The notes beneath the pieces were generated by a model. That model saw nothing but the letters and a program-made list of their open reading frames with translations, was not told where the DNA came from and did no database searches. From Dimorphilus gyrociliatus (taxonomy: Eukaryota; Animalia; Annelida), in contig CAJFCJ010000007.1 in assembly GCA_904063045.1 (NCBI GenBank), positions 1,694,873-1,758,872 on the forward strand: a stretch of DNA of 64,000 nt, written 5' to 3'. Positions 25,113-37,751 of this stretch are shown here, piece by piece. A program made the position numbers and the translations under genes. Position 1 is the first letter of the stretch. The number at the start of each line of letters is the position of its first letter.

Positions 25113-28100
25113 AGTTATTCACCTACATTTAGTACACAATTTGAAGGGAACCAATACCCTTTGGCCCACTCTCCCTCTTCCAGTTTTTTGGTTTTAAGAT
25201 TCGATTTCGATAATGATCTTCTGATAACTTCCTTGCGTACTGGAGGTAGGCCTGTTGACTGTCAGAAAGTTGATCTACTTGACGTCTGGATCACACTGTA
25301 TGAGATATATCTCCTATTTAAAAGAAACAGTTTTTCGGAAATTGTATAGCAGTAATTATTACCTAGTTACTCTGGTTGAGCCTATTACTCGTGTTGGAGG
25401 TACCCATTGATGATCACTTCCAGATGTTTGAAGGTGAAACTTCGCCTCAGCTAAAGAAATTAAATGAGATATAGCTGAAGTAGAGTTATTGGCATATTTT
25501 CTTATCCAGGAATTTAATAGCAGATTATAGTATCTCGGAGAATCCAAGAAAGCTAGGTATTTTGCAGTATTTTCTGAGGGGAAAACTCTCTCAAAACTAC
25601 CTCTTCGTTCATTCTCATCAATAGTGTCAATCAAGATTCTAACATCATCTGGAGTTAAGTTATCTAGAACAGTGGCTTGAATGACTTCATCATTTATTCT
25701 TTGGCAATAGTATGCATGTTTTGCTTTCTCATCTGAAGATAATGATGAGTTCCATAACCTCTTATCTTGAACAATTTTTTTAGGTAAGTGAGTTGATTTG
25801 CTACCAGTATCTCTGTCCAGTAAGTTAGAACTTTCAGTGCCGCTTGTGTCTAATCTATCAGGGAGTTGAAAACCCGATAAATTTAATAAATCTTTTATCA
25901 TTTCTCCTTTGATATTCATGTCCAATTGAGAATTTGAGTGAAGAGAGGGAGATATATTCACCTCAATAATCCAAGGTTTAAGATTATTGTCAAGCATGAC
26001 GTCAAAGCCGAAAAGTTCGTGGCACGAAAACCTTGATTTAACATTAGATTTAGTAAGGATATTAACACACGATTCGCAAGATATTATTGTTTTAATTACT
26101 AAATCTTTTATTGATTCCCAAATAGGTGTTATTTGAATACCGCGTCGTTTTAAGTAGCTCCATAAGCCTTTTAAAGACCACTTATGTCCTTGGCATTGAT
26201 TCTCATCAGAATTAGGAGTGTACTCTGAATTTCTTTTGTTTATAGAATAATTTGTCAAATGCATAAATTTATCTGCAAGGTTTTTTACTGATTGAGAGTA
26301 TTTCCGAGAGGCAAATCTAGTCAGTCCGTCATCATAGACATATATTCTTAGGGGATCGAAACAAGTAACATAGACATATACTCGAAGATCAAATTTTGAC
26401 TCATTAATCAGAAAAGGATTCGAAAGATAACGTTGGACAATAACAGGTCGTTTTTTCGGAATTTGATTCCACTTGTGTACAACCTTGATTCCAATTCCTC
26501 TTGCAGAAGCAGGAGGTTTTATTATCCATTTGTGTTTACTAGCTCCTTCTTCCCAAGCACGTTTCAAGAGTTTCATATCTATTGGAAGTACATAAGTCTG
26601 AGGGAAGAATCCGAATTCCTTCTTTCCATGTGTTGATTGTAATTTGCTAAGATTTCTCCACAATCGATCTTTCCTTCCAATCTGAAAACTTCCAGGAAAG
26701 TGATTAACTTTTTGATAAGGCCTTATGGTTTTAAAGGCAGGTGCTTTCATATGCTTTCCCCAATAACCGAGCCAATCATGCTCTTTTTTGGTGATACGAA
26801 AATTCGATCTAAATATGGCGTGCTTTACAACGTTCGGTGTTATTGTTGATATTCTCCATTTGAAATGTTTCCTTATATTCCATGGGAGGAGTTCAACTTT
26901 ATCACCATCTGATACAAAATTAATGGTTGGTGGTACATTAGGAAAGCAACTTGATGTTAAAGCTTGTTGAACAGAACTTTCTGACGAGGCCGTAGAAGGT
27001 CTTGAATTTTTATATCCCAAAAGTTTCTTGGTAGAACTTTTCAGTTTCATTCGAACGGAGGTAGATTCTTGGGATAGTTCTTCTGGACTTTCGGACCCAT
27101 TGTCATCTTCACCAGAATCATAATCGTCGTCGATATTATCTAAGACGTCCTCACCTCCAATATCATCTTCATACTCTTCATCGTTTGCATGTTTTAGATC
27201 TGTCTTCTTTTTTTCTATATTTTCAATTTGAATCTCCTCCCTGTAAGAACATAAATTATTTATCTGTACAAGTGGCAGTCTTGAAATTTTTGGCAATTTG
27301 AACACACTCATTCCCAATAACAGAATGATCGCAAATATGGAATGTGTGCCGTTGTCAAGAGACCGCCATTAATAGGAACAACATTCATTTGTTGTTTGGC
27401 ACTTCAAACTGACTATTACTCGAATATGAATCAATTTTTTAACTCGCTACGAATAGCTAGCTATAAAAATCAACGAATGCACTTTACTTACCTTTTGTAG
27501 TCTCTTTTTTCATGTGATCTGATATTTTGGTGTTCAACAGCTTTGGATTCTTCGACTTTTTCCTCTTTTACTAAAGGAGTTGAAGATAAATGTTCATTTC
27601 TAGCTTTCATTTTTATTAAAATTTCTTCTGCCTTTGAGCCCTTTCTGTAGAAAGAATTTTTAGATTGAACCAAATCGTCATTTTGTTCTGTCTGACTTTC
27701 GAAATAAACCCCGCTTTGTTCAGATACTTCAATATAGGGCTTAGTTGGTGTATAATTCAAATTCCTAACTCTTGTAGATAACGTAAGTCCCGGTTTAACA
27801 CTAGAAGGTGGAGAGGGTTTAGTTATTATTTTCCCAGTTGAATCTGACTTTATTGGTGCAACAGTGTTTATATAACGAATTGTAGATGATGAAGACGATT
27901 GTAAACTACTTGCAACACTTGAAGTCGGTAGAGGAGACGAAGATTTCTGCATTTCATCTAGCAGTTTTTCAGCCGTTTTAGCTACTTGTGAATTCTCACC
28001 GAATAATGTCATGAGAGATTGTCTTGCCCGGCAAACAGAAAGTTTAGATATATTATCACTTTTTTTCTTTCTAAAGGCAACAGTTTGTTCCTCAGCTAAC

Positions 28101-28827
28101 TTATATGGTGACATATTCAGTAAAGGACGTGAAAGTGTTGTAGTTTTCTCTATATTCTCCTTCTGACTTTCACCAGAACCGGAAATTCTTGGTCTTGGGG
28201 ACAAAACTCTGTTTGTTCCTACTTTGGAATCAATAGTCATTGGTGGATTAGGCATAGATGTTGAACTTTGGGGAATTTGTGGTTTATGTCTGGTGATGGG
28301 TTTTTTCAGCTCGTCACTAGGATTTGATGGCTGAAGAAATATGTTTGATTGGCGATTTGCATAGATGTATATTGGCTGATTTTGCGTCGCCGATGATTTC
28401 TTGCTGTTCACCGTTGTGTCATTGACTCGAGGAGCCTTAACTTCATGTGCACTAATCGGTCGAGAATATGGATTTGTTCGACCCTTTGAAGATCTTCCTG
28501 TTGAACACCTCGAAGTTGTCAAAGTAAATGATACCGGCGTTTGCAGAGAACGAGAAGCGCCATTAATATTTGGTCCATTTGTATTTCCAGTACTTACAGA
28601 GACAGAGGAATTTGTTGTTTGTTGACGTGGGCTAATCAAAAGACTTTTTTTTACAAATTATATTATCTATTTTTCACCTACCTGAACAATGGAATGCCAG
28701 TATGGTTAATGTGAATTTGATTATTTGAGATTCCAGTGTTATATTTAAGAACTGGTTTCTGTGAGTGATGACGGAGTGGCAAATATTTTGAAACAATATC
28801 GACATCGGAATTATCGAAATTTGTCAT
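25113..28827 (-). CDS. TTLL4: Tubulin monoglutamylase TTLL4-like; last exon/stop uncertain
   Basis: Exons 28682-28827, 27492-28631 and about 25363-27240 are phase-consistent. TTL domain: QKVNHFPGSFQIGRKDRLWRNL, WIIKPPASARGIGI, VQRYLSNPFLINESKFDLRVYV, HLTNYSINK, ELFGFDVMLDNNLKPWIIEVNISPSL, LTPDDVRIL. A final small exon probably lies in 25113-25320, but its frame cannot be fixed by eye. Confidence 0.88.
27351..27363. promoter_or_regulatory. Candidate intronic RFX X-box in TTLL4 intron 2
   Basis: GTTGTCAAGAGAC fits RYYNYY-N-RRNRAC, 40 nt upstream of an in-frame ATG (27311, minus strand). Confidence 0.4.
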
Positions 28828-29425
28828 TTTAATTCAACTGAGTTCCCCTATCTGCTGCATGAAAGTAGCAAGACATTCCTGTTAAAGTCGATATTAAACC
28901 ATGAAACATACCTGTAGAAAAGTCGGTTTAGAACATTGAAGTAAAGCTGCTATAGTTTTGTTATCCTCAATTTAAAAATATTCTAAAAAAGATTATAATT
29001 AAGCCAGAAGTGACAAATAAAACTTCTAGGAACAAAATTGATAACACGACCATTGGTCGTGGCAGCCATTGTAGGTTGAATCGTAGCTATGGAGATTAAG
29101 TAATCAAATACTATTGAGCCAATAAGAAGCAAGTTTGAAAAAAATATCAAGCAATCGCCTTTCAGTATACAGCAAACCTATTTGAAAATATTAGGCGTGA
29201 AATTTATTATTGCTATAATGAAAAGTAAAATAGAACGGTAACAAAACTGCTTAAGCTTACAGGATAGGCATAGTCTATTTGAAAATAACATATTTACAGC
29301 TGTTCTTAATAGAGGATACAACTTGAACTCTCTTCAGCAACAAAGCGCCCTCTATAAGTGTGACTGCCTATTGCGCATGTCAACCACAAAAAGTAACATC
29401 CGGGATATTTTCTTCTCATTCAAAG

Positions 29426-31684
29426 ATGGCGCCTAAAGGAAAAGTTGTAGATCGGGAAGGGGGACTCGACGGCGTTTGTGAAGCTGAAGATGGCGAAGAT
29501 TTATGGTTAGCTTAAAAGCAAAGTTTTTATGTTTAATAAAGAAACTGTTTTACTAGTACTGTTTTAAAATATTAATTGTTATTATAAGAGAAAAATTTGT
29601 CTAAAACTGTCAAATCCAAAATAAATTTTGTTTTAATTCCAATTTCCTAGGTCAAGTATACTAAGTGGGTCAGAGGAGACGGCACCAAAGAAGAAGCAAA
29701 AGTGCTTACTTCTATTGGGTAAGAAACCATTTAGATGGCAATATTTCATAAAGTCTGTTTTTAAATTTCTTTCCTAATTTTGTAAAAAAAATCTTAGGTG
29801 ACAATGAGACAGGAAAGACAACCCTCGTGACAAAGTTGCAAGGGAAAGATGATCCTAAGAAAGGAGCAGGACTTGAATATCATTACATAGATGTCAAAGA
29901 TGAATATAGAGATGGTTATTATTACTAATCACTGTTACTTGCTAATCATCTTTCAATTTTAGATCATTCAAAACTGGGTGTCTATCTAGTCGATGGTGAT
30001 TCAGATTATATTTCTCTCCTAAAATTTGCTATGAATGAAGACACGTTTGAGCATTGTCTAATTTTGTTGGTGGCATCTATGGCTGCACCATGGAATTTAT
30101 TAGATAGTTTGCAAAAATGGACAGAGGTTTTGCAACAGCATATTAATCGATTAAAGGTTCCACCTGAAAAAATGCACGAATACGAAGAAAGCAGTAAGTT
30201 TTTTTCACCAATCGATGATAATATGGTTTGAATTCAATTTCATTATTGATTTTTAGTGGTTACTCACTTTCGCGAATATGTTGAACCCGATGAAAATCAG
30301 AGTAGTTCGAGCAGGCGAACCTTTGAGAATCCTTTACATCCTTCCCCGTCGGATGAGAATAAAGTTCTTTTACCGTTGGGTGAATCAACTCTTGTGAACA
30401 ACCTGGGTGTTCCAATTATTGTAGTCTTAACTAAAGTATAGTTAGTAGAAGAGTCGACTGTGTCTAATATTTGCTAAATTTCAGAGCGACTCCATATCAA
30501 CCTTAGAAAAGGAACAAGATTATCGAGAAGAACATTTTGACTTTATTCAACAGCATATTAGGAAATTTTGCTTAAGATTTGGAGCTGCATTATTTTACGT
30601 TTCGGTGAAAGAAAACAGAAACTTAGATTTGTTATATCGATATATCGTTCATCGAATTTACGGATTTCCGTTTTCCATGCCTGCGTTGGTGGTGGAAAGA
30701 GATGCTGTATTTATGTATGTTTTGACTATTCATATCGGAATACTTATGTATGATTTCTTAGACCTTCAGGGTGGGATAACGAAAAGAAAATTAGCATTCT
30801 CTATGAAAATATGACTTCAATGCAACCATCAGACAATTTTGAAGATGTTATTGCTAAACCTATTGTCAGAAAAGTAATTATAAAATCGAACCGATATCAT
30901 ATTCTAATCTCAACCTTTACACCAGCCAACTCAAAGGGAGAATGAAGTAGCTGCCGAAGACGAACAAACGTTTTTAATGCGGCAACAAACACAAATAACA
31001 AAACCAGCTACTCCTGGCAGGGTGAGTTTTATTTAAGTGTAACTTTTACAGTATTTTAATCGAGGACTACATTCAATCTCTAAAATATAAATAGGAGGCT
31101 CCAATAAGGTCCGGTTTGAAAAACTCTCCAGCTTCTCGACAATCGCCAAGCAGTTCAGCTGGGCCGAAAAAAGATGCTCTTAAAGGTGCTCAGCCAGATA
31201 CAGGAAATGGTGTTCTTGCTAGTTTCTTTAATAGCTTACTTAGCAAAAATCCTTCACAACAAAGAAGTGGATCAGTGACTAAAGGTAACTTGGAAATAAA
31301 TTGTAAAATTATTTTTTTGTACTAATTGGGTTCTGGGTTTCTTTCAAAGAGGGAGATTCGTTCGATGAAACAGGTATTTCGTAGTAAGCAGGTGTAGGGT
31401 ATAGATTTTGGTTTAATTAAGCCAGACTGAATGTTGAAAAACCTCAGCTAAATGTTGGTTTCAGATTGTCGAATAATCAAATAGGATGATAAGTGTATCA
31501 TTTATGCGGGATAATGATGTCATATATATATATATATGTATAGATTGATGACATTTTTTTAGGTTCAACATCTTCTCCAGTGTCTTCAACTCCAGAAGCT
31601 CCTCGAACATCAGATGCTGCTGCAGAGTTGAGCAGGCTGTCTAGGACTCCCGTAAAACCTCCCTCGTCAAACAGTTCAACTTGA
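29426..31684 (+). CDS. DYNC1LI1: Cytoplasmic dynein 1 light intermediate chain
   Basis: MAPKGK...EDLW|SSILS, P-loop [75 protein letters not shown]-type [16 protein letters not shown] and the C-terminal helix [13 protein letters not shown]. The single invertebrate-type gene cannot be assigned to LI1 versus LI2. Confidence 0.93.
31522..31537. repeat. (AT)8 microsatellite in the last DYNC1LI intron
   Basis: Direct reading. Confidence 0.8.
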
Positions 31685-32458
31685 AGGAGTAACTTTTAAT
31701 TTGTGCTATATTCTTGTGTGCCTCGCTTTAAATTAAGGTGATGGATTGAGATAATCTGAGGTGACAGATTGTGAGCATTCTCTCTGAATTAGTAGGCATG
31801 TTATCTATGATCATTTGTTCCTCCAATTTGCTTAAGAGAATATTTTCTAACAAATAGAAAGCTTGTGGTATTTATTGATGGTGTTCGGAATGTGAATCAT
31901 CTTTTCTTTTATTTACTAGATAAAAAATTATCGATTCAATACATATATCAATTTTTTATTGTAAATCCTTTGCTTGTCAAGAAAATAGATATCCCCAATA
32001 TCGAATATCTAAATTCAGCTTATCATTTTCTAAAGAGCTTATTAGAATACTGAGTATGTCTATAATGAATCGGACATAGAGTACCTAATTTTTGTTGAAT
32101 ACAAATTCAAGATCCAATTTAAACAAGCTGACAGAAATGAATTTACTGTTAATCACACATTCTTTTAAAAATTTTTTAAAAAATAATTGAAAAAGGAACA
32201 AAAAATTTGAACGCATACTTCTCTAAACATTCGAATTGATTCAAATGGAGAAAAAGCTCATAATTATATACCGGACGCATTTTTCACGCTTCTCCTTCAC
32301 TGTCCTTAGATATCGATTTACAAAAGTAAATAAACAGTTTTGCAGTAATGAGCAGTTGGTAACAATATACAAATTACACGCTTCATTAAATCCAATCGTG
32401 TTCATTCGCCGTGTTCAATTAACGCGTTCCTTACGTTCAAATCGAGAAATAAAGAGGA

Positions 32459-33720
32459 ATGTTGTGGATCTTTTTCTCTCTATTCCCCTTTTCTGTAGCA
32501 AATATTTGGTTTGTTTCTTTTCTTGTTATTGTGACGGGAAAATTGTTATTGCGTTGATCTTTTATCTCTCAGGAACTTAGGGACCATCCAAAGCGTTGGT
32601 ATAATAGCCGGTGAACTTCTGTGCGATAATATACCTGGATTAGTCACTGCTCAGAGACGCCTTTGTACGCGACACCCACATTTAATGCAGCCAATTGCCA
32701 TTGGGATACGAAATTCAATATTTGAATGTCAATTTCAATTTCGATATGAACGATGGAACTGTTCGCTGGATTGGAAATTTGGAGGCGTTTCTGCACTAGG
32801 TTTGCATTTTAGCATTGCTATAATTGTATGATTTATAGTTTTATTCATTATGTTACATCTATAATGAGAAATAGATTTTTGAAATTCAATCTTAGTTTTC
32901 TCGCTCAACAAACCAAATATATTATATTTTAGCCTTGCGTTAATATATTAGTATATTGCAATATTTACCACAGAGAAAACTTAAAAAACCCAATTTTTAG
33001 TTGTTAGTAGAGAGTCAGCTTTTGTCCACGCTATTGCCTCGGCATCCGTATTACATACTCTCTCTCGCTCTTGTGACTCTGGCTATCCAAACTGTCCATG
33101 CTTACATAAATATCACTATAAGGAAGGTGGATGTTCTTCAAGTGCTACATTTGCTCTGCGTTATGGACGAAAATTTATTGATGCCCGTGAAAAAGTTTCA
33201 AAGGATGCTCAGTCTGTTATTAACTTACACAACAATCGAGTTGGACGAAGGGTATGTCTATTTTTCTGAACAACTTGTCTTTGTTTAATTGTAAATATTT
33301 ATATTCAACAAGGTCTTGCGACAACTACAAAAAAAACTTTGTAAATGTATCGGGACAAGTGGTTCTTGTATAGTACGTCAATGTTGGAAGAAAAATGCCC
33401 CACTGCGAAGAATCGGTCAGGAGTTACGAGCAAGATATGATAAATCAAAGAAAGTTGTAGCAAGAGATGGAAAAATAATCTTTGGTAGCTCATCTTCTCA
33501 CCGTAATGATTTAATCTTCTTAGAAAATTCACCGGATTATTGTTCAACATCTGGTAGAACATGTACTTTGAATAACTGCGATAAGTTATGCTGTGGAAGA
33601 GGTTTCAAGTTAACAAAAGTCGAAAGAAAAAACAAATGTAATTGTATTTTTAAATGGTGTTGTGAAGTGGTTTGTGAAGTTTGTTCTAGCTTTCAAGCAC
33701 AAACTGTTTGTAACGATTAG
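32459..33720 (+). CDS. Wnt2: Wnt ligand, most similar to the Wnt2 subfamily, divergent, 311 aa
   Basis: join(32459-32508,32573-32799,33001-33251,33313-33720) = 936 nt, phases consistent. Signal peptide MLWIFFSLFPFSVANIW; LCDNIPGLVTAQRRLCTRHP, ECQFQFRYERWNC, SRESAFVHAIASA, FIDARE...KDAQSVINLHNNRVGRR and NDLIFLENSPDYC resemble human WNT2 as recalled; 24 Cys counted. The family is certain; the subfamily needs a tree. Confidence 0.85.
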
Positions 33721-33767
33721 AAAATTTTCATAAATATAACAAATAAATTGCTTGATATTTGGAAGGT

Positions 33768-36700
33768 TTATTTGAAAATTCCTATGTATCCTTGTCCAGT
33801 AGCAGCTGCAATCTGTAATTTATTTAGAATTATTTATTGTCTAAGGAATAATTTCATAGTTAACCATGGGTTCTGCTAGATTGAAAGTGACAGGATTAAC
33901 AACGCCTCTCTTCATTTCCAATTTGGAAAGTACTCCACCACTAGCAACATCATAAACATATACCTGTAAAAAGAAGATTTTTTTGAGTACATTTTTTCTA
34001 TTCTTTTTTGTTACAAACAAAAACATTATTCAAGATGATATTATAAAATAATAACAATAAAACTACAAATTAACTTTCTCTAAGTCTTAGTAATAAACAA
34101 TTGATTTTAGTAAATTCTTGCAAAAAAATATAATATTATTTGATAAAATGTAAGTACTGAGCCATCTTCAGAGCCCGAACCAATATATCTAGTGCAGGGA
34201 CTCAATTCGGCTTTACACGGGAGGGTACTGCATTTATGAGCATCAAATTTTCGAATACATCTAAATGGAAATCGCAGTATATTAAAAAAACTATTTTTTT
34301 CGATATTGTTAATTATACCTGCCACTTCTTAAATCCCATATTTTAACGCCTTCATTTACAGCAGATGAGACGAATAGATTGAATAAGTCAGCCGAAAGTG
34401 TAAGGCCTGAGCTACCCTGATGTTTTATCATAAGTATAATGAATATTTTGCTCAATGAAATAGAAACTAACTTCGTTCACCGATAGATCATGGATAATTC
34501 TTGAAGATTCCAATCTACATGCTTCTTTTCCTTCATTCAGATCAAACACTCTAATTGATTTATCAGAACAGGAACATAAACAGAGATCTAGGATTATTTA
34601 TAATGCTTGAAATATGAAATTATATCAATTTATTTAAATTTACGCGAATGATAAGAATTGGGTGCAGCAATGCTCGTGATATTTTGAATATTTTTGATAG
34701 TGTAAGAAAATGCTGTCTTTGCTCTACTTTTTTCTTCATAGCTGCTTGAAAAGATTTTGTTTAGATATCATTTGAGTTGAATAAGAAAATACACTACAAT
34801 CATCTGATTTCTTATAAATACGAATGAATTACCGTTTAATATCAGTTTTTTCCAGATCTATCACGTAGGAGAATAGCTCCAGCGTCCTTTTAAGAGAGAC
34901 CATGATAAAACGATCGATATAAAAAAATTGAGAGCCGGAAACTTCTTGATCCTAACAAATTTGTATTTATGAATTTACATCTTATACCATTTCATAATCT
35001 TACGAAATTGAGCTTCAATATGGGTGTTTGATTATTAGGCGATATCAGGCAGACTTTCTTATCTTGAGCATTAGAAACTAAATATTTTCCGCAATTACTC
35101 CAATGAATATTCTGCACTGCAGATGTATGATCTGACGAAGCATGGAAATATACTGAAGTTTATGATCATGTCTCAACTTACGAAGGAAAAGCCAGTCCTT
35201 TGATTTTTCCGATAACGGCGTTTTAAAAATTCTAACTGAGTTATCTGAACATGCAGCTGCTAAGTTTTTTCCATTTTTCGAAAATTTTAAAGAATTAACG
35301 AAGACGGTTGTACCAAGATCTGCAGACTTGCTTATCATTTGTGTTGGATACCCAGAGTTTTGTGAATAATTTTCGTTTAAGAGAGGTCTGAAATATTAAA
35401 AGTTTTGGAATATCTAAAAGCATTAATATAAAATTCTTTAGATGATTTTAAAACGTCCTCAAATTCACAGCCATAAAAAGAAGTAATTACTTGAAATCGC
35501 ATTGGGCTTTAGAAGTTGAAGACTTTTTTTTCCTTTCAGTTATGGGGTGAAATAACTCTCTTCTGAAAAAAATTACGTATTGTGATTTTAACTTGATTAT
35601 AAAGTATTTAATACCAACTTTGGTTCGCACACGCCATATCCTGAAGATTTCACTTTCGTCTTGAATGTCAAAGGCTTTTCTGACGGATCCTCTAAAAACA
35701 TTAATAACTTGTTGTTTATCGAGCTTAAAAATAAAAGTTTACTTTTTTTAGCTGTCTGTTTTAGTTGCAAACGTAAAGGCGAATTCGGAATCAGAGAATC
35801 TCTATTTGATTTTAAATATTATATATTGTATAATTATCTTCAAAATAGTATTTCTTAGTTTCTAACTTGGCTATAAAATTGAGGGACTGTGATTTTATTT
35901 CGTCGTCAATAGCTATTCTTATGTAGTAAAGTTGACAGTCAAGCAGTCCCTTTATTAAGCAGGTGACCTAAAATGAAAAAGAATATTTTTCAAACTAGAA
36001 ATAAAATTTATGTTACAACTGAATACGGCGATTTCCCAAAAAAAGTCGAATATTCTATAATAGACGGTAGATTTTTATCAATATCAGAATATTTGATCAT
36101 TTTTTGAAATTCCATAGATCGAATATCAAGGAATACGAAGTGACCAGGGAGCGAGCAAATCAACCAATCTTTAGAGTTCAGTAAGTTTCTTTGTAAAAAT
36201 TAGAATAGATTTAATTTAATTCCCATTGCCTTAAATATATTTTACTACCGGATATCATTTGTTGTTCGAGTGCACAAAGGTGGTGCCGTAGCTGGTCTAT
36301 TGAAAATGATACATAAGTTATTATATTTTATTAATTATTTTGTGATATAACACCTTTCTTGCGTTTGCACATGGTGTAATGACAAGATATTGAAACAATT
36401 TCCTGTATCTTCTTTTATAAAATCTTCAGTCAGGGATATTTCTAAGTCAATTTGTGCCCTATGATAAAGCTGTTTTTCTCGAAATTCAAAACATTTGAGA
36501 ATCCCATTTGAATCAGCCGTAATCAACTGACTTTCAAGAAAAGTACTGGCAGTTATGAGTGATGACCCTAAAATTCCAGTGTTGTAAAGAATGGCTTTAG
36601 CAGAAACATCCCAGAGCTAAAGAAAGTATTGTAGTATTGATTATTTCATAATACTCTCGACATGTTAAAAAGAAAAAGTTACATGACAATATAAATATTA

Positions 36701-37393
36701 GAGCAAAATAATAGTCAGATAAAAGAAGAATTTATTAACTGTTAATTGTCTATCGTCGCCAGTGGATACTAGTATATTCTCATCATGGTAGCAAAATCTT
36801 ACTTCGTTCACTGTTGACTTGTGATGAAGTTGGAAAAACTCCTTGAAATTATATGAGTTAAAAGAGCTTAATGTCAGGTATTAATTTACCTGATTATGAG
36901 TGTTATATACTGTGATGTTATTTTCAATCGCAGACGCAATAAACAAAGAACTCATATCGCAGGACAAAACTCTTCCTCCAGTCATACCGATTACTTTACC
37001 TCTTATAGTTTCACCTTTTCCATTATCAACATCAGAGAAAATTAACAAAGAATAACAATGCTACAACCTTTTTTTAAATAGTTAATTATTTTATCGACAT
37101 TCCAAAGAATTAAGTAATCTTCACCAGCAGAAATAAAATCCTTTTTATATCTTCCGAAAGAGAGAGCACTTACCGAACTACTATGCCCGGTCAATTCAAT
37201 CTATTAAAAGAAAAATTGTGAAATTTTACTGTTTTCTCTTAAATTAGTAACTAACACTATCTTGAAAATCCTCTAAGAAATATAAACGTAATCTGTTGGT
37301 ATTTTCTGCCACTACCATATAAAATGTACAAACAGCAATAGTAGGAGTTTGGTTATTTTTTATTTTGAAAGCCTTTTCTGAATTAAACTTCAT
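33768..37393 (-). CDS. WDR27: WD repeat-containing protein 27
   Basis: SQFFYIDRFIMVS...DLEKTDIKRYKQKS, CSCSDKSIRVFDLNEG, CIRKFDAHKCSTLPCKAELSPCTRYIGSGSEDGSVYVYD and final exon IAAATGQGYIGIFK*, colinear with the WDR27 C-terminus as recalled. Start ATG 37393 is a best guess. Confidence 0.82.
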
Positions 37394-37497
37394 TATCAAC
37401 ACTATATTATCGCTCAAGATGGTATTCAATTGTACTTTTCTAAGAAAGTACGTTACAATCGTTGCAAAAGTTATCTCAGTGTTGAGGTGATAACCAA

Positions 37498-37511
37498 ACT
37501 TTTATGACAAC
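37498..37511. promoter_or_regulatory. Degenerate candidate X-box upstream of WDR27
   Basis: ACTTTTATGACAAC fits RYYNYY-AT-RRNAAC, about 105 bp upstream of the ATG. It is AT-rich, so a chance match is plausible. Confidence 0.3.
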
Positions 37512-37751
37512 CAATAATTATAAGCAGAGCAATCTGAAACTACTCGTTGCTATACACATCAGAGGAGTGTTTTTCTTGAAAACGGGTTGTAATAGCAAAC
37601 ATGCAGATACCAATTTTAGCAGTTCAAAAATTTTTTTCAAATGAATATATTAATTACAGCTATAGCCAGGTTACTAACAAAAAACAGAAAACTTTTAAAC
37701 TTTATGTTCAAAACATAAAAGTATTTTAGTCTTTGTAAACTAGATGGAAAA

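Noticed and set aside
33768-37393. WD40 gene first considered as AHI1/jouberin
   Set aside because: No SH3 domain, and the C-terminal motifs match WDR27.
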